DNA from: a virus
Lineage: Duplodnaviria; Caudoviricetes
Virus record (IMG/VR): IMGVR_UViG_3300012953_000049
Span: 1-48,345 of that record
DNA: 48,345 nucleotides
Reading direction: 5' to 3' (one strand)
The position numbers were made by a program, and so were the translations under genes. The stretch's first letter is position 1. The number at the start of each line of letters is the position of its first letter. The notes under the pieces were generated by a model that was not told where the DNA came from, did not search any database, and saw only the letters and a program-made list of their open reading frames with translations. This document shows, one piece after another, positions 16,756 through 25,029 of the stretch.

Positions 16756-17786
16756 TATCCTCCGTCGTTAGTTTCTCTACTTTGGGAAGCCAATCGTGAC
16801 AGCAAAATTTGTTGCTCGAGGGGGAGGGACTTAAATAGTCCTACTGGATCTTTTCTAAACTTATTTTTAACATCGTCTGTAAATATATTGTCGGCGGCAT
16901 TAACTGCAGAGGTGCTGCCCGAGTATCTCTTCAGCATCTTCTCTGTGACATAATCTCCTCCGTGGATCCATGAATACTCGGCTTCCTTAGTTGTGCCGAA
17001 TACGGACAACACTGGATTTGGGAGATTTTCGCCATATCTATTAGTTAATCCTGCTTGCTCGTCTAGTAAATACAGGGCCTCTACTACTTCATACTCTGGC
17101 ATAGAGTCCGCCATCTTACTCAGTCGGTCATAGCCTTCTTGCAGCTTAGTATCCGCAGTATAGTTTTTTCTATAGCTGGCTACCTTCTTGAAATTCGTAC
17201 TGAGTCCTTCTCCACTGTACTCGTATATATGATCGGGAATATCCATCCCGGCCACTTTAGACAGCCCCACTAAATCCACTGAAATGTCTCTCTTATCGTA
17301 AGGATCTAACTCGTCCCAATTACGGATAGCTAACGCTAAGGCGTCATATGCTGAGGCTGTTTTTACTGAATCTGGAGTATTTCTGGAAAAATTTCGCCCG
17401 CCAGCAGCTACTCTTCTTTCGTCTATAGTTTCCTTTGGATCTTCCGGAAGCCTAGATAGATAAGAGGTGGCTGGGTTTAGGGATATTCCAAATTCATCGG
17501 CGGCATCAACTAGATTAGTAGCGGCTGTCTTGATGGCAGAACTGCTCAATGAATGATTAGCATTAAGGAGATACCACTCAGACATTAGAATGTTGCCCTC
17601 GTCGTAACAAGCAAACTTTCTATGCTCCGCTCCATTTTCTTCCACTAAAATTAAAGCTACATCCCTGTCTAACAGCTCTGCCTTTTCTCTCCACTCTGCC
17701 TTTTTAAATATTTCGCTAGAGGCGGCAGAGGCATTCTTTACTAAAAAGGCCTCACATAGGTCATCGTGGTGATCAATTACTTTCAT
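16752..17786 (-). CDS. Helical putative head/scaffold-associated protein rich in K-x-A motifs
   Basis: 344 aa with GGAG RBS. Motifs VKNAS, FKKAE, IKTAA, VKTAS, SKVAG, KKVAS, SKMAD, TKEAE. Confidence 0.75.
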   Translation of the reverse strand: MKVIDHHDDLCEAFLVKNASAASSEIFKKAEWREKAELLDRDVALILVEENGAEHRKFACYDEGNILMSEWYLLNANHSLSSSAIKTAATNLVDAADEFGISLNPATSYLSRLPEDPKETIDERRVAAGGRNFSRNTPDSVKTASAYDALALAIRNWDELDPYDKRDISVDLVGLSKVAGMDIPDHIYEYSGEGLSTNFKKVASYRKNYTADTKLQEGYDRLSKMADSMPEYEVVEALYLLDEQAGLTNRYGENLPNPVLSVFGTTKEAEYSWIHGGDYVTEKMLKRYSGSTSAVNAADNIFTDDVKNKFRKDPVGLFKSLPLEQQILLSRLASQSRETNDGGY

Positions 17787-17907
17787 ATTTTACTCCGGAG
17801 CGATTATGCAGAATCTATCATAGTCTGTCATAAGGATACAGGACCGTATAGCTAATATTACACTACACTAAAAACATAATAAAATGTAAAAAAGGAGATT
17901 ATAATAA
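17787..17907. promoter_or_regulatory. Divergent AT-rich control region between virion and replication blocks; GTCATAA at 17827-17833
   Basis: Non-coding gap between divergently oriented operons, with an RBS on each side. Confidence 0.65.
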
Positions 17908-18324
17908 TTGTCAAATTCTTTTAGTCAACGATTCGGGGGACACTCCCGAAGGGAATCTAGTAAGCCTGAATGTTACGGGGATCCGGACTACTACGAAGGG
18001 GACGACCCTCAATGCAGGGCATGTCCGGTCCAAAGCACTTGCCGAGTAGTATCGGAAAAACGAGCCAGATCCCACAACGAAAGGCACAATAGTCCGGTGA
18101 CCATACGAGAGCCCAGAGCAATCCAAAGAAAATCAAGAGCAGAGGCGAGCAGAGGTATAGAAGACTACGAAGAAGGAGATACGTGGTTTTCTGCGTTGGT
18201 ACACAACGCCTGTATTGAGGGAATCACGGCAGGGGCCAAAACAGCTGTGGATGCGCTAGAGTCTATACCAAAGAAAAGGTATCCTAATCCCTTTGCCCCG
18301 AGAAAAAAGAGAGATAAAATTTGA
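17908..18324 (+). CDS. Cys-cluster hypothetical protein
   Basis: AAGGAG RBS and TTG start. CYG...CRACPVQSTC metal-binding pattern. Confidence 0.75.
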   Translation: MSNSFSQRFGGHSRRESSKPECYGDPDYYEGDDPQCRACPVQSTCRVVSEKRARSHNERHNSPVTIREPRAIQRKSRAEASRGIEDYEEGDTWFSALVHNACIEGITAGAKTAVDALESIPKKRYPNPFAPRKKRDKI

Positions 18325-19697
18325 TAGGAAACATCAATAGCTTAATGGAAGGGACCGTTTATAAAGAGCGGTCCCTTTTCCTACCTAGAGACTTAGTGCC
18401 AGAATCTTTGCTGAAAGGCTCTCTTCGTTTTGGAGAGTTTCCTGACGGCACTCCTAGAGTTTTGGTAAAAGAACATAAGAATCATTTTGAAGTGCCTCTT
18501 GAATCTTTTACTGATGAACAACTAAAGGGCTTTGGAAGTTCCACTATAATAGATCTACGCCCCAAAGAGTTCCGCCAAATAAATCTAAAAGCTAAAGATT
18601 GTTTCGAGCTACGAGAAAACCAACGAGAAGCTTGGGGAGCTTTTGCAGCAACAAAAAAAGGAATTTTAAACTTGGCGTGTGGAAAAGGGAAAACTATTTT
18701 AGGGTGGCTAAAAGCTGCCCACGAAAAAGTTCCTACACTAATTGTATCCCCACAAAAAGCGCACCTTGAGAACTGGCTATCAGAACTCGAAGCATTCTTT
18801 GATTTTGAAGGCGAAACCGGTTGGATACAGGGTAAACGATTCGATGTAGAATCTGATATTTGTTTTGCAACTATACAGACCCTGGCTCGTAGATCAGAAG
18901 AAGGAAAGCTACCCAAAGAGTTTTTCGAAAACTTCGGATTAATCATATATGACGAATGTCACTGTATGGCTGCTGACATGTTTTCTAAAGCAGCAGATAT
19001 TGGTCTTGGTATACGGATTGGACTATCGGCTACCCCCAACAGAACCGACAGGAATGAGGGGATATTCTTGTCTCATTTAGGTCCTATATTCTACACCGAC
19101 CTAAGCCAAGACCTAAGCCCAACTGTTAATGTAGTGGAGACGGGGCTGTTTTTTAGGGATAAGCAGCTGAGATCTATGCACGATCGATCAGGGCAACTTA
19201 ATGTGGGCTTAATGAGGCAAGAATTAGCTAGACACTCTGCTAGGAACGACGTCATCCATTCGGTAATACGCTGGGGCTTAGCGCAAGGCAGAACACTATA
19301 CGTCCTCTCTCACTCCGTAGAGCACGTCGAGTATCTGCACGAAGTGTACCCAGACAGTACGATGATTCACGGAAAGGTTAAATCTTCTGAAAGGCTGGAG
19401 CGCTTACATGGCTCTAAATTGGTATTCGCCACTGTAGGGGTAGGCAAAGAAGCGTATAATCGTAAAGATTTAGATACCCTTCTTTTGGTAACGCCATTCG
19501 CGGCAAAAAGCCACTCCGCCATAACCTTTCAGCAAAGTGTTGGCAGAATACAGAGAAAGCATCCCGGTAAGAAGCACCCAATGGTGTTTCTGTTTCTAGA
19601 CTCCAACTTGGAGATGTGCAGGGGCATGATTTACTCGCTAATACGGGAATCAAAGAAACAGGGATTTGAGGTCAAAAAGAACTGGAGACCTAATTAA
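18321..19697 (+). CDS. Superfamily 2 DNA helicase (UvsW/XPB-like)
   Basis: Q motif LRENQ, Walker A ACGKGKT, DECH, motif III SAT, motif VI QSVGRIQR. Confidence 0.9.
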   Translation: MIGNINSLMEGTVYKERSLFLPRDLVPESLLKGSLRFGEFPDGTPRVLVKEHKNHFEVPLESFTDEQLKGFGSSTIIDLRPKEFRQINLKAKDCFELRENQREAWGAFAATKKGILNLACGKGKTILGWLKAAHEKVPTLIVSPQKAHLENWLSELEAFFDFEGETGWIQGKRFDVESDICFATIQTLARRSEEGKLPKEFFENFGLIIYDECHCMAADMFSKAADIGLGIRIGLSATPNRTDRNEGIFLSHLGPIFYTDLSQDLSPTVNVVETGLFFRDKQLRSMHDRSGQLNVGLMRQELARHSARNDVIHSVIRWGLAQGRTLYVLSHSVEHVEYLHEVYPDSTMIHGKVKSSERLERLHGSKLVFATVGVGKEAYNRKDLDTLLLVTPFAAKSHSAITFQQSVGRIQRKHPGKKHPMVFLFLDSNLEMCRGMIYSLIRESKKQGFEVKKNWRPN

Positions 19698-19711
19698 ATT
19701 GGAGGAACTAC

Positions 19712-20434
19712 ATGGTAGGCAAAGAAGCCCTGCGGCTTCTGTATGAAGAACACCGTAACTGCGACAAATGTACTCTGTTATGCGAAAGTCGGCTTCAGCC
19801 CGTTTTTGGGTCTGGAAGCGCATCGGCAGATATTGTCTTTGTAGGTGAAAGCCCTGGAGAACAGGAAGACGAAGAAAACGAAACGCTGATGGGGAAATCC
19901 GGAAGACTACTCCTGCAGCTATTCGATATGTCCTGGCCGAATCTAGAAAGATTGTCGGAACTCAGAGAAATACAAGACAATGAAAGATACTTTGCCTCCC
20001 TAAAAGACTTTCTAGAGGAATACGTATTTTTTACTAATACAATCTTGTGTCGTTCCGCTGAGAATAGAACTCCCTCAAAGGAAGAAATAAAAAACTGCCG
20101 AACTCGCCTCGAGAATACGATATACGCAATAGATCCTCTATTAGTAATAGCAGCGGGCAAAACTGCTGCGACTACCTTACTAGGAAAAAATGTATCGATT
20201 CTAGACAAGAGGGGCACGATTTTCGATATATCCGTGACATCTCCATCGACAGGTAAAAAAGTTAGGTACCCGATGTTGGCAATTCTTTCTCCGTCTTATT
20301 TGTTAAGAAAGGGGGACAAGTCTCTGGTACGTCAGGGGCAGGGAGACACATACTCTACAATTCAAGATCTAAAATACGGTCTTGACTTAATCACGAAACA
20401 CTACGAACTTACACGGCCTAACTTTGGGCTGTAG
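19712..20434 (+). CDS. Uracil-DNA glycosylase, family 4 (Fe-S type)
   Basis: CDKCTL..SR.QPVFGSG, VFVGESPGEQED, FTNTILCR..NRTP..EEI..C. Confidence 0.9.
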   Translation: MVGKEALRLLYEEHRNCDKCTLLCESRLQPVFGSGSASADIVFVGESPGEQEDEENETLMGKSGRLLLQLFDMSWPNLERLSELREIQDNERYFASLKDFLEEYVFFTNTILCRSAENRTPSKEEIKNCRTRLENTIYAIDPLLVIAAGKTAATTLLGKNVSILDKRGTIFDISVTSPSTGKKVRYPMLAILSPSYLLRKGDKSLVRQGQGDTYSTIQDLKYGLDLITKHYELTRPNFGL

Positions 20435-20443
20435 GGGGATTTC

Positions 20444-20863
20444 ATGAGTGCAGAAAAATTAGTTGGAATAAATCGACAAATTAGCCTTTTATGGGAAGAC
20501 CTAGAGTCCACCATGCCTGCGGAAGTTTCTAGGCTTAGAGAGTTAATGGTGGAGAAGAAGTCTATTATAAATGAGGCTAAGTCAGAGCTTAGAGGTCTCG
20601 GGGTGGGGTCTCATCAAATTTCGGGGTATAGATTTGAAGTTCAGGGAGGAAAACCAAAGAAGACTTTTGACGTGGCAGACGTAATCGAAACTGCAGAAGA
20701 GCTAGGTCAGACAGAAAAACTAATCAAATATGGCTTTCTGGATTACTCAGTTAACGTAAATCAGCTCGACCGCCTCCCGACAGAACTCAAAGTTGTTTAC
20801 GAGGAACTAGCTACAGAAAAAGCGTCAACTACTAGGGTAATAATACCCAAGGACTTACAGTGA
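20444..20863 (+). CDS. Hypothetical protein
   Basis: 139-aa ORF in operon with a GGGGG RBS. Confidence 0.7.
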   Translation: MSAEKLVGINRQISLLWEDLESTMPAEVSRLRELMVEKKSIINEAKSELRGLGVGSHQISGYRFEVQGGKPKKTFDVADVIETAEELGQTEKLIKYGFLDYSVNVNQLDRLPTELKVVYEELATEKASTTRVIIPKDLQ

Positions 20864-21189
20864 TAGTCGGTACTGTAAAGGGGTCGGCGCGCAATGGGAC
20901 CGAAAGTTTTTCTCTTGATGATATAGTTTTAGCGGAGGATTTACACTTGGCTTCTAATGAAATACAAGATCTTGTAGGTGATGGAAATGCAAAGGTTTCT
21001 GTTGGATTGGGGATGTCTAACAAGGACTATGGAAACGGTTATGATGTCCATGTGACTGTAACATTGTCTTGCTCTCAGGACAGAGAGATTGTAGGCTATG
21101 CCTATGATGCCGCAAGCGACCTAGCGTCATCTATCTGCAGAGATGCCTATAACAAAATGACAGCTCTATATGGAGAGGCCTCGTCGTAA
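20860..21189 (+). CDS. Hypothetical protein
   Basis: 109 aa, GTGA overlap with the upstream gene. Confidence 0.7.
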   Translation: MIVGTVKGSARNGTESFSLDDIVLAEDLHLASNEIQDLVGDGNAKVSVGLGMSNKDYGNGYDVHVTVTLSCSQDREIVGYAYDAASDLASSICRDAYNKMTALYGEASS

Positions 21190-21461
21190 TGAAGACAGAG
21201 GTTGATGTACAGGTGCGCCAAATATCATGGACGCCAGCGTCCGGCGCTTTAGAGGTTTACTATGAAATAGTTATAGAAAACACAACGTTTTCTGGCAGCA
21301 TAGCTGCCGGCAAAACAAGCGTTAGCGCGGAAAGCACAGTTCTTTTAGCCGAAGAGCTGACCACCTCCGTATTAGCTGCCATAAAAGCAGACTTAGGCTT
21401 AGAAAATAACGAAGACCTTGGGTCTTCCCTTTTAGATGACGATACGGAGGATCCCCTTTAA
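21189..21461 (+). CDS. Hypothetical acidic protein
   Basis: 90 aa, TAATG coupling, acidic C-terminus DDDTEDPL. Confidence 0.7.
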   Translation: MKTEVDVQVRQISWTPASGALEVYYEIVIENTTFSGSIAAGKTSVSAESTVLLAEELTTSVLAAIKADLGLENNEDLGSSLLDDDTEDPL

Positions 21462-22865
21462 ATGGCGCACCCAGAAATAGAACTTATCAGTAATATCGTA
21501 GAATCTGGGGACTTTACCTCAATTAAAAGAAAAGGTGTTACGCCAGACTTCTTTAGGATGACAGATACTAAAGAAATATTTAGATGGCTCTGGGATCAAT
21601 TCCATGATCCGCAACATCGAGGCGAGGTACCTACTGTTGATAGGCTCCAAAGAAAGTTCCCTGACTTTGACTTCTCTCCGTCTAGAAATTCTATTTACGC
21701 CTTAATTTCCGAGATCAAAAAGGAATCTATACAAATAGAATTAAACGATATAGTGGGTGGAATCGCGGAGGCCCTTCACGAAGATGAGGATCCGTCCTGC
21801 ATTCTTGATTCTTTTCTACCTAAATTTCGTCGCCTAAATCTAGAAAGCCACTCAGATGAGGGGGTACTGATTAGCAACGCCGCTGAAATTATTCGGCAAG
21901 AATATGAGACGCAAAAAACTCATGGCGGTGTGGTGGGAATTCCGTATCCATGGGATGTTCTTAATCGACAAACTGGGGGCATGAGGGATGAGGAATTTAT
22001 CGTAATTTACGGTAGGCCGGGAAATATGAAGACATGGCTTTTGTGCGCTATGGCGGCCCACGCCTACGAATGCAATAAAAGAGTCATGGTGTTTAGCAAA
22101 GAGATTAACACGCAGGCGATTCTTACCCGAATTGCTTCAGTCCTAACGGGTGTGGATTACGGGGATCTAAAACGAGGAACTCTAAGTCCAGAAGACGAGC
22201 AATATGTAAACGACTACTTAGAGTCTATGGAAAAGGCGGAAGAACTAGATTCTAAGAGCGGACACAGAAGAGCCTTACTAAGTGTCTCGGATAAAGGTAA
22301 ACGACGAGCGTCTAGCGTCGAAGACTTAATCGCCGTTGCAGAACGGTTTGAACCAGACGTTATTTTCGTAGATGGCCTATACCTTATGAGAGATAGTCGA
22401 TCCGGGTCAAAGACTGTGGACTGGAAACAAATATCTCACATCTCTCAGGATTTGAAGGGCATGGCACAATATCTTCAGTGTCCCGTTGTTGGTACGACCC
22501 AAGCTAATAGGCAAAATGCCAAAAACCCTACGGGAGATCTTGACGATCTATCCTACTCAGACGGACTGGGGCAAGATGCAGACGTTGCTTTTCGGGCGTT
22601 TAGAGGTCCTCATCCTTCAGGTTCCGGCGCAACGCTCATGCTAGTGTTCTCCAAAGTCCGTGAGGCGATCGTACGCCCGTTTGTTATTAATGCAAATCCT
22701 GGAGGAGACTTTTCCGTGTTACACCGGAGCGTTAATATAAAAAGCTTCTTAGAAGAAAAATCCAGAATGGAAACTTCAGAAGGACAGCAAATGGTAGCAG
22801 GAGGAGATAATTCTGTTGGAGTCCAAAAACGTCCAAAGAAAAGGGCGAACCCTTTTAGGGACTAG
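21462..22865 (+). CDS. dnaB: Replicative DnaB-like helicase
   Basis: GIPYPWDVLNRQTGG, Walker A GRPGNMKT, FSKE, VIFVDGLYLM, QANR, YSDGLGQDADV, KVRE. Confidence 0.9.
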   Translation: MAHPEIELISNIVESGDFTSIKRKGVTPDFFRMTDTKEIFRWLWDQFHDPQHRGEVPTVDRLQRKFPDFDFSPSRNSIYALISEIKKESIQIELNDIVGGIAEALHEDEDPSCILDSFLPKFRRLNLESHSDEGVLISNAAEIIRQEYETQKTHGGVVGIPYPWDVLNRQTGGMRDEEFIVIYGRPGNMKTWLLCAMAAHAYECNKRVMVFSKEINTQAILTRIASVLTGVDYGDLKRGTLSPEDEQYVNDYLESMEKAEELDSKSGHRRALLSVSDKGKRRASSVEDLIAVAERFEPDVIFVDGLYLMRDSRSGSKTVDWKQISHISQDLKGMAQYLQCPVVGTTQANRQNAKNPTGDLDDLSYSDGLGQDADVAFRAFRGPHPSGSGATLMLVFSKVREAIVRPFVINANPGGDFSVLHRSVNIKSFLEEKSRMETSEGQQMVAGGDNSVGVQKRPKKRANPFRD

Positions 22866-23817
22866 CATATTAGAGGTATATCAGAAATACATATCGGGGC
22901 TTAGGGCAGGGAGTGGAAACAACTACACAGGGTACTGCCCTATACACGGAGAAACTCCAGGAAAAAGTTCTCCAAGCATATCTATAAATGCGGAAACAGG
23001 TCAGTGGTATTGCTTTGCGGGTTGTGGGGGAGGCTCTCTTAAATCCTTTCTTCGGGAGGTAGAAAGCCCTACAAAAAGCGAGCAAATACTGTCTAGCGTG
23101 CACATGCCGAAAAAGAGGAGAGTTGCTGACCTAGACGAGGAGGCTTATCGGGAGGTGGTTCTTCCTGAAAAAATCTTAGGGGTATTCGACTCCTGCCCAA
23201 CCTCATTAGTAGACTCAGGGTTTAGTTGGAGAACTCTACAGCAAAATGATGTAGGGTTCGACGCAGATCTGTCTAGAATAACTTTTCCGGTTCGAAACAG
23301 AAACGGGGAGTTAGTAGGAATTGTCGGCCGGACACTACACGTAAAGTTCGGAGGAAAGTATAAAGTTTATACTCGGGAGTTTCTAAAGTTTGGGTATAAC
23401 GTAAAGTCGTTTAGAAAAGGTAATTACTTATGGAGGGAGGATAAGGTACACAGTATAGCTTCGCATAGCGAGGCCAGGCCTACTATATATGTGGTGGAGG
23501 GATTTAAAGCAGCTCTCTGGCTGGTTCAAGCCGGTCTAGAGACTACTGTTGCCCTTATGGGCAGTAGCATGTCCCTTGAACAAAAAAAGAAACTAGAAAG
23601 GTTCGGCGGTCGAATTGTTCTCTGCCTAGATAATGATGCGGCGGGAAGAAAGGCCACAATAAAGATTGCCGGACAGTTGAAGTCCTCAAGAGTTTCCGTG
23701 GCAGTATTGCCTGATGAAGCTCAACAACCGGACTATTTATCAGAAGGAGAAATACTAGATGTGTGTTTCTCCCCAATATCAGTGACGCAAGCGTCAATAA
23801 AATGGAGAAAAGCGTGA
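22816..23817 (+). CDS. dnaG: DNA primase (CHC2 zinc finger plus TOPRIM); start uncertain
   Basis: CPIH...WYCFAGC, RITFPVRN..G..VG..GR, VVEGF, DNDAAGRKA. Confidence 0.9.
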   Translation: MESKNVQRKGRTLLGTSILEVYQKYISGLRAGSGNNYTGYCPIHGETPGKSSPSISINAETGQWYCFAGCGGGSLKSFLREVESPTKSEQILSSVHMPKKRRVADLDEEAYREVVLPEKILGVFDSCPTSLVDSGFSWRTLQQNDVGFDADLSRITFPVRNRNGELVGIVGRTLHVKFGGKYKVYTREFLKFGYNVKSFRKGNYLWREDKVHSIASHSEARPTIYVVEGFKAALWLVQAGLETTVALMGSSMSLEQKKKLERFGGRIVLCLDNDAAGRKATIKIAGQLKSSRVSVAVLPDEAQQPDYLSEGEILDVCFSPISVTQASIKWRKA

Positions 23818-24968
23818 AGAAAGCATCATTTACGGCACAAAGATCCTCTCGAGCAAAGAAGCCTAGAAGAAAAAGTAACGGCTGGTCCGCAAAATGGTCC
23901 GACAGAGTCGGAGTCAAAGAAGGACAGTCCGCATGGGTTTTGCTGACCCCCGGTAATTACCTTACAGCAGAGCAACAGCCAGCAGATTGGTATGAATGTA
24001 CTCGGTTTAATGTAAAGTACATGAAGACCATGAAAGACGGGTCTAAGAGGCAAGTGTTCGAGTCATGCACACCCAACGAGGGTGAGTGTACTTTGACTAC
24101 TCAGGCTATGGCAGGACATTCTGCCATATCGGGCATACCTAGAAACGATGAGCCTAATCGGTTTTTCATGAACTGCATAGAGTTCGGAGTAAACCAGAAA
24201 GAGGTTGTTACAGATAGAGACGGAAACCCTCTTCGATACCAACACGGGAAGATGAAGGGAGAGGAAATCTTTAGATGGAACAAAATAACTAGCATCAGGG
24301 AGCGCAAAGCAGCTATCCAAAACGAAGACCCAGAAAACGTTTCATTCTGGAGAAAGAAGTTCTTCGACCTCCCTCCTACACATTTTAATGTACTTCGTGA
24401 GATTGCTAGAAAGGCCAAAAAGATGTGCCTTTGCGGCGGTACGCTCCAGCCAGTGCACTATGTGTGTAGTCATTGCGGAGAAACTCTTCTTGATATAGAC
24501 CACACAGATCTAAGTGAGTCTGAGGTCAGCCGATTTGGTGATCAGGAAATTAGATGTGATGGATGCGGTGCGTATGATTTGCCGCTGGCGGAAACTGAAT
24601 GCGATTCTTGTGACACTCCACGGCCCCATAAGTTCCACGAAGTCGTGGCAGAGATTCAGAAAACTATAGGCGATAAGGGGTTTCCTCAACTAGTCCTATC
24701 TAGGGTAGAAAGTCTTTCCGATTTCAAGACTGCCGACGGACAGTTTGTGGTTGTGCGGGACGAAAATAATCAACCTTTGATTGACGATGAGGATCCTGAT
24801 TTCAGATTTGTAGTCGATGAGAAGTTGGAAAAGCTAATGAAGTCTCAGTTTGATTTCGAACTTTACACTGAGCCCCAGGCCAACAGCTACTACAGCGAAA
24901 TTTTGGGACTTAGAGAAGGTCAACTAGGCTACGTGAGTGATTCCAAGCCATATACCTCTTTTAGATAA
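23814..24968 (+). CDS. Zn-rich replication protein, candidate ssDNA-binding protein
   Basis: Likely GTG start at 23814 (GTGA overlap, GGAG RBS). Contains CLCG, CSHC, CDGC and CDSC. Lies between primase and polymerase and is followed by a terminator. The SSB call is positional inference only. Confidence 0.5.
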   Translation: MKKASFTAQRSSRAKKPRRKSNGWSAKWSDRVGVKEGQSAWVLLTPGNYLTAEQQPADWYECTRFNVKYMKTMKDGSKRQVFESCTPNEGECTLTTQAMAGHSAISGIPRNDEPNRFFMNCIEFGVNQKEVVTDRDGNPLRYQHGKMKGEEIFRWNKITSIRERKAAIQNEDPENVSFWRKKFFDLPPTHFNVLREIARKAKKMCLCGGTLQPVHYVCSHCGETLLDIDHTDLSESEVSRFGDQEIRCDGCGAYDLPLAETECDSCDTPRPHKFHEVVAEIQKTIGDKGFPQLVLSRVESLSDFKTADGQFVVVRDENNQPLIDDEDPDFRFVVDEKLEKLMKSQFDFELYTEPQANSYYSEILGLREGQLGYVSDSKPYTSFR

Positions 24969-24983
24969 TCGCGTCTGAATTGG

Positions 24984-24990
24984 GTCATAA
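24984..24990 (+). promoter_or_regulatory. GTCATAA motif (copy 3)
   Basis: Intergenic, immediately upstream of the hairpin and polA. Confidence 0.35.
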
Positions 24991-24991
24991 C

Positions 24992-25028
24992 AATGATGGG
25001 CGGAGATTATCTCCGCCCATCATTTTTT
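24992..25028 (+). terminator. Intrinsic terminator-like hairpin
   Basis: AATGATGGGCGGAGA-tta-TCTCCGCCCATCATT perfect 15-bp stem running into a T tract. Confidence 0.85.
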
Positions 25029-25029
25029 A

